The notes under the pieces: generated by a model
The model's database searches: none
Told to the model about the DNA's origin: nothing
The model's input: the letters and a program-made list of their open reading frames with translations, nothing else
Position numbers and translations under genes: made by a program
In this document: positions 8,558-12,480 of the stretch, piece after piece
How the letters are laid out: the number at the start of each line of letters is the position of its first letter
Numbering within the stretch: position 1 is the first letter of the stretch
NCBI RefSeq assembly: GCF_006345805.1
Contig: NW_021826576.1
Span: 1 to 12,480 of the forward strand
DNA from: Octopus sinensis
Lineage: Eukaryota
Direction of reading: 5' to 3'
DNA: 12,480 nt

Positions 8558-9192
8558 TGTGTGTATGTGTGCGTGTGTGTATTGGTAGATAGATACGTTC
8601 ATACATACTTAGATACACTTATACATTTGGTTCCATATAATGATAGAGTATATTACGCACGGTGAGTCAAGTAATACCTTTAATATAATGTTTAGGATGA
8701 TATGTGTTTAAAGTTTTCTCTTCAAGAACTCACGAATTAATGGTCGTAATCCCTCATTTTATTGTGTAACAACGTTTAAGCAAGTATACAAGTGTTCTTC
8801 CTCACACTATAAAGAGTTCCAACTGTGGTATTCACCCCAAGGTAATCTTAATGCAGAAACCCCTAGTTATCTCTGTAAGAACCCCTCAAAACACCCAATG
8901 AAGGATCTGCTTTTAGTTAGATTAAATGTCAGTATCAATAACACCGAGTTTCCAGTTGGCAAAATTTAACTCCAATGAAGTGAAACCAAAGAGTAAATCT
9001 AAATATAAGTATATAATCATTGACTAATGTAATCCTAGGTACACTATGCCTGAAAAATAACAGCAAGGCCGTAGCTGAAGTGCTTTCAGCATAGGCTTAC
9101 TGGATCTTTTATCTGGTGTTACAGTCAACTACAACTGTAGCTTTCCGTATGGGAGGTGAACAAAACTAAAGAAACACAACATAAAGTCAGTG

Positions 9193-10880
9193 AAATTCCA
9201 GCCTCTGAACCCTAACTACCGACATCAAACTACTTCTTTTGAAGGTCAGCCTACATCCCTTACTTACACATCAACCTCCAATCGTTGGCCTACATTCACC
9301 CAGTTTCAGTCTTAAATTACCAACCTCTAGTCTTCACTTCCAACCATTAACCATCAATTTCCAACCCATAGCTTCCAATCGCCAACACTCAATTATTTCC
9401 AACCTCCAGTATCAAACAGCTGATCTCTAACAGCCATCCTCCGATTGCCAACCATCATCTTTCAACTGTTAAACCTAAACATCAAACTTCTAACGTTAGC
9501 TTCTGTCTTTCAGCCGCTAACCTCTAGCCACCAATTGTCAAACTTTGATTCCGAGATGTCAATTTCTAACTGCAAACTGTTAACCTCCAGCATCCATCCG
9601 CCAGCATCCAACTTCCAACATTAAACTACGACTTTCTAACCACAAATCACCAAACGTCCGCATCCAACCTCCAACCTCCAGCATCCATCCGCCAGCATCC
9701 AACTTCCAACATTAAATTACGACTTTCTAACCACAAATCACCAAACGTCCGCATCCAACCTCCAACCTCCAGCATCCATCCGCCAGCATCCAACTTCCAA
9801 CATTAAACTACGACTTTCTAACCACAAATCACCAAACGTCCGCATCCAACCTCCAACCTCCAGCATCCATCCGCCAGCATCCAACTTCCAACATTAAATT
9901 ACGACTTTCTAACCACAAATCACCAAACGTCCGCATCCAACCTCCAGCCTCCAGCATCCATCTTCCAGCATCCAACTTCCAACATTAAATTACGACTTTC
10001 TAACCACAATTCACCAAACGTCCGCATCCAACCTCCAACCTCCAGCATCCAACCTCCAGCACCCAATATTCGGTCACCAATTTTCAAGCTCCAACCTCCA
10101 GCTTCCTGTTTTCAGCCTTCAATCGTCAGTATCTAACCATCAGCATCCAACCGCCAGCTTCTGAATTTATCCATCTCACGTCCAATCTCCTACCTTGAAT
10201 TTTTAACCTCTAGCCTCCAAACGTCAGTCTACAATCTCCCGTTGTCAATATCAAACATCTGAGCGCTGACCTCCAACTTCTTTCAGCACACATCTATCAA
10301 CTTCCAACACTCAACGTCGAACCTTCTCCCTTCAAACGTCCAAACTGCAACCTCCAACACACATCCTCCAGCCTACAACCTCTAACCTCCAGCCTCTACC
10401 ATTCAACTATCAAAATACAACAGCCGACCTAACTTTTATCCTCAAAGCGCTCTATTTTCAACGTCCTTCCTAATTTCCAATCTCCAATTACCAACATTCA
10501 ACCACCAATAAACTGCTTATGCTACAATTTTTATCCTCCAAACCTCCAACACACGACTTCTAGACTCCTAAACCCCAACCGTCAACACTCAAAAATTAAC
10601 AGCTAACATCATTCTCCAAATCTTCATGCATCAAACTCCAACACGCAACCTTTAAAATCTCCGACCTCCAAGCCTCCAACCTCCAGCTGCTATCTTCTAG
10701 CCTCCACCCATCAACATGCAACTATTAAAATCTCCGACCTCCAGCCTCTATTCTCTAGCTTCACCCACCAACATCCATCTTTCAACATCAAACTAACAAC
10801 TACCAGCTGTATCTTCCAAAACTCCAGCCACGACAACCACACCCAAATCCCCCAACTTCAAACCACCATGCCTCCATTTA
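9193..10880. repeat. Degenerate heptamer (AACCTCC/AGCATCC-like) minisatellite, ~1.7 kb, strongly C/A-rich on the + strand
   Basis: 7-nt periodicity is readable throughout, e.g. AACTTCT AACGTT AGCTTCT GTCTTTC AGCCGCT AACCTCT AGCCACC AATTGTC at about 9486-9540. G is scarce on the + strand. Confidence 0.85.
9582..10050. repeat. 91-bp higher-order tandem repeat (13 x 7-mer), ~5.2 copies
   Basis: The CATCC landmark recurs at 9591, 9682, 9773, 9864, 9955 and 10046 (period 91). Copies differ at only a few positions. Confidence 0.97.
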
Positions 10881-11117
10881 CTCAGCGCTATCTACAAACT
10901 TTTTCTTACATATAATACACAAAGGATAGAGCGAACCATAGAAATAATTATTACCATATTTCGTAATGTGTGTCAGTTACCTTGAATATTTCATGATTTA
11001 TATATTTATTCATCCTCCATCATATCTAAATATAATAACACACAGTTATATTGCTAGATATAATGATGTTTATAATTTCCAGTATATATGCATAAAACTA
11101 GGCTCGATAAAATACTA

Positions 11118-11173
11118 ATATCTACATATCTACATATATATACCTACATATATATATACATACATACATAATA

Positions 11174-11219
<46 letters not shown>

Positions 11220-11410
11220 TATATGATATATATATAATCTATATATATATATATATATATACTTGTATGCACTCTAACGCATAAATACATATACTTACTT
11301 ATACACATATCGTACATACATGCACACATAACTATGCAATCATAACACACATACATGCGCAGCATTCAGGATTCTGAGTCCGATTATGTATGCATGTACA
11401 CACACACACA

Positions 11411-11449
<39 letters not shown>

Positions 11450-11591
11450 GTATGTTGATGTATGGGCGCATGCGTACGAGTACTTATGCATATTATACGA
11501 TTCTATACATGCATACATACATATATAAATATATATATATATTTATACATATATACATATACATACATACATACATACATACATGCATACA

Positions 11592-11625
<34 letters not shown>

Positions 11626-11790
11626 CATACATACATACAGACATACAATATATATGCGTCTAAGTTTAGCTTACATAATACTCTTGTCCATTTTTGCTAA
11701 TATAAATAAATATGTAAAAAGCCCAAACAGTCTATGCACCTACCTGAATTCGACTGGAAAGACAGATCATTGCTCATACAACATACTAAC

Positions 11791-11837
<47 letters not shown>

Positions 11838-11841
11838 ATAT

Positions 11842-11889
<48 letters not shown>

Positions 11890-11967
11890 GTACATATATA
11901 TTATGTACAATATATATATGTACATATATATATGTACATATATATCTATATATAGATATATATATAT

Positions 11968-12005
<38 letters not shown>

Positions 12006-12055
12006 GATATAGGTGTGTGTGTATATATGAATGTATGTACATCCATCTATCCATC
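11118..12055. repeat. Large compound (TA)n/(CA)n/(CATA)n microsatellite block
   Basis: Mostly simple repeats, with short unique islands at about 11360-11385 and 11657-11790. Confidence 0.9.
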
Positions 12056-12275
12056 GTCGTACACATATACCCACCTAACCTGAACGTTGTGTGAAGTCTT
12101 TAATAATGATTTCATAAGAACACAAATGCCAAGCTAGGAATATTTCAGGATATCTTTGATTGCTTTTCAATGAAATGTCATAAAAATTCCGATTGCCATT
12201 TGTGTAGGATGATTAAATATTCAACAGATTTACTTTACCAGGCTGATAGCATCGATGTAAGCATGTTAACACTGC

Positions 12276-12480
12276 GTGCGTTTGTGTGTGCGCGTCTGTG
12301 TGTGTGTAGGAGTTGTGTGTGTTGTGTGTGTGTCTGTGTTATCTATTTGTGTTTGTTCTCATCTGTATTCATCTGTATATTCTATGTGTTGTGTCTGTGT
12401 GTATAAGCGTATTTTTGTGTTTATACCAAGATATATATGTTTATACTAAGATATATATTATATATATATATATATATATA
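12276..12480. repeat. (TG)-rich then (TA)n simple repeat
   Basis: Degenerate TG/TGTC repeats followed by TA to the window end. Confidence 0.85.

Noticed and set aside
9582-10050. CRISPR-like array or repetitive protein
   Set aside because: There are no unique spacers because the repeats are contiguous, the context is eukaryotic, and stops occur on both strands with a frame-shifting 91-bp period.
9193-10880. Interstitial telomeric repeat
   Set aside because: The period is 7 with consensus AACCTCC/AGCATCC, and there are no TTAGGG/CCCTAA runs.
11174-12406. ORFs up to 210 aa near the window end
   Set aside because: They consist almost entirely of (TA)n/(CATA)n/(TG)n translation.

Overview
This is non-coding, AT-rich, microsatellite-dense animal genomic DNA (intron or intergenic). 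The retroposon sequences look like the octopus/cephalopod tRNA-derived SINE families (OK/OR1/OR2 type), but that assignment is from memory and has not been searched. I recognise no protein-coding gene, real tRNA/rRNA gene or CRISPR array, and almost all listed ORFs are translations of (TA)n/(TG)n/(TATG)n/(CT)n tracts. The sequence directly supports: (1) a ~308-bp fold-back (MITE-like) element inside a (TA)n tract at 153-460; (2) at least four tRNA-SINE-type families, including a head-to-head fused pair at 3560-4030 and a near-intact CORE-like SINE at 4281-4609; (3) two copies of a dimeric 'unit-(TATG)n-unit' repeat (4627-5222, 6807-7285); (4) a decayed mariner-like relic (~7524-7849) lying under the only complex-looking ORFs; and (5) a ~1.7-kb strand-skewed degenerate heptamer satellite (9193-10880) whose core is a homogenised 91-bp (13 x 7) higher-order repeat. 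Speculative candidates are a 15-nt microexon (12242-12256), a G-quadruplex and a duplicated D-box motif. I found no convincing new protein-based system. The most novel-looking features are the repeat architectures.
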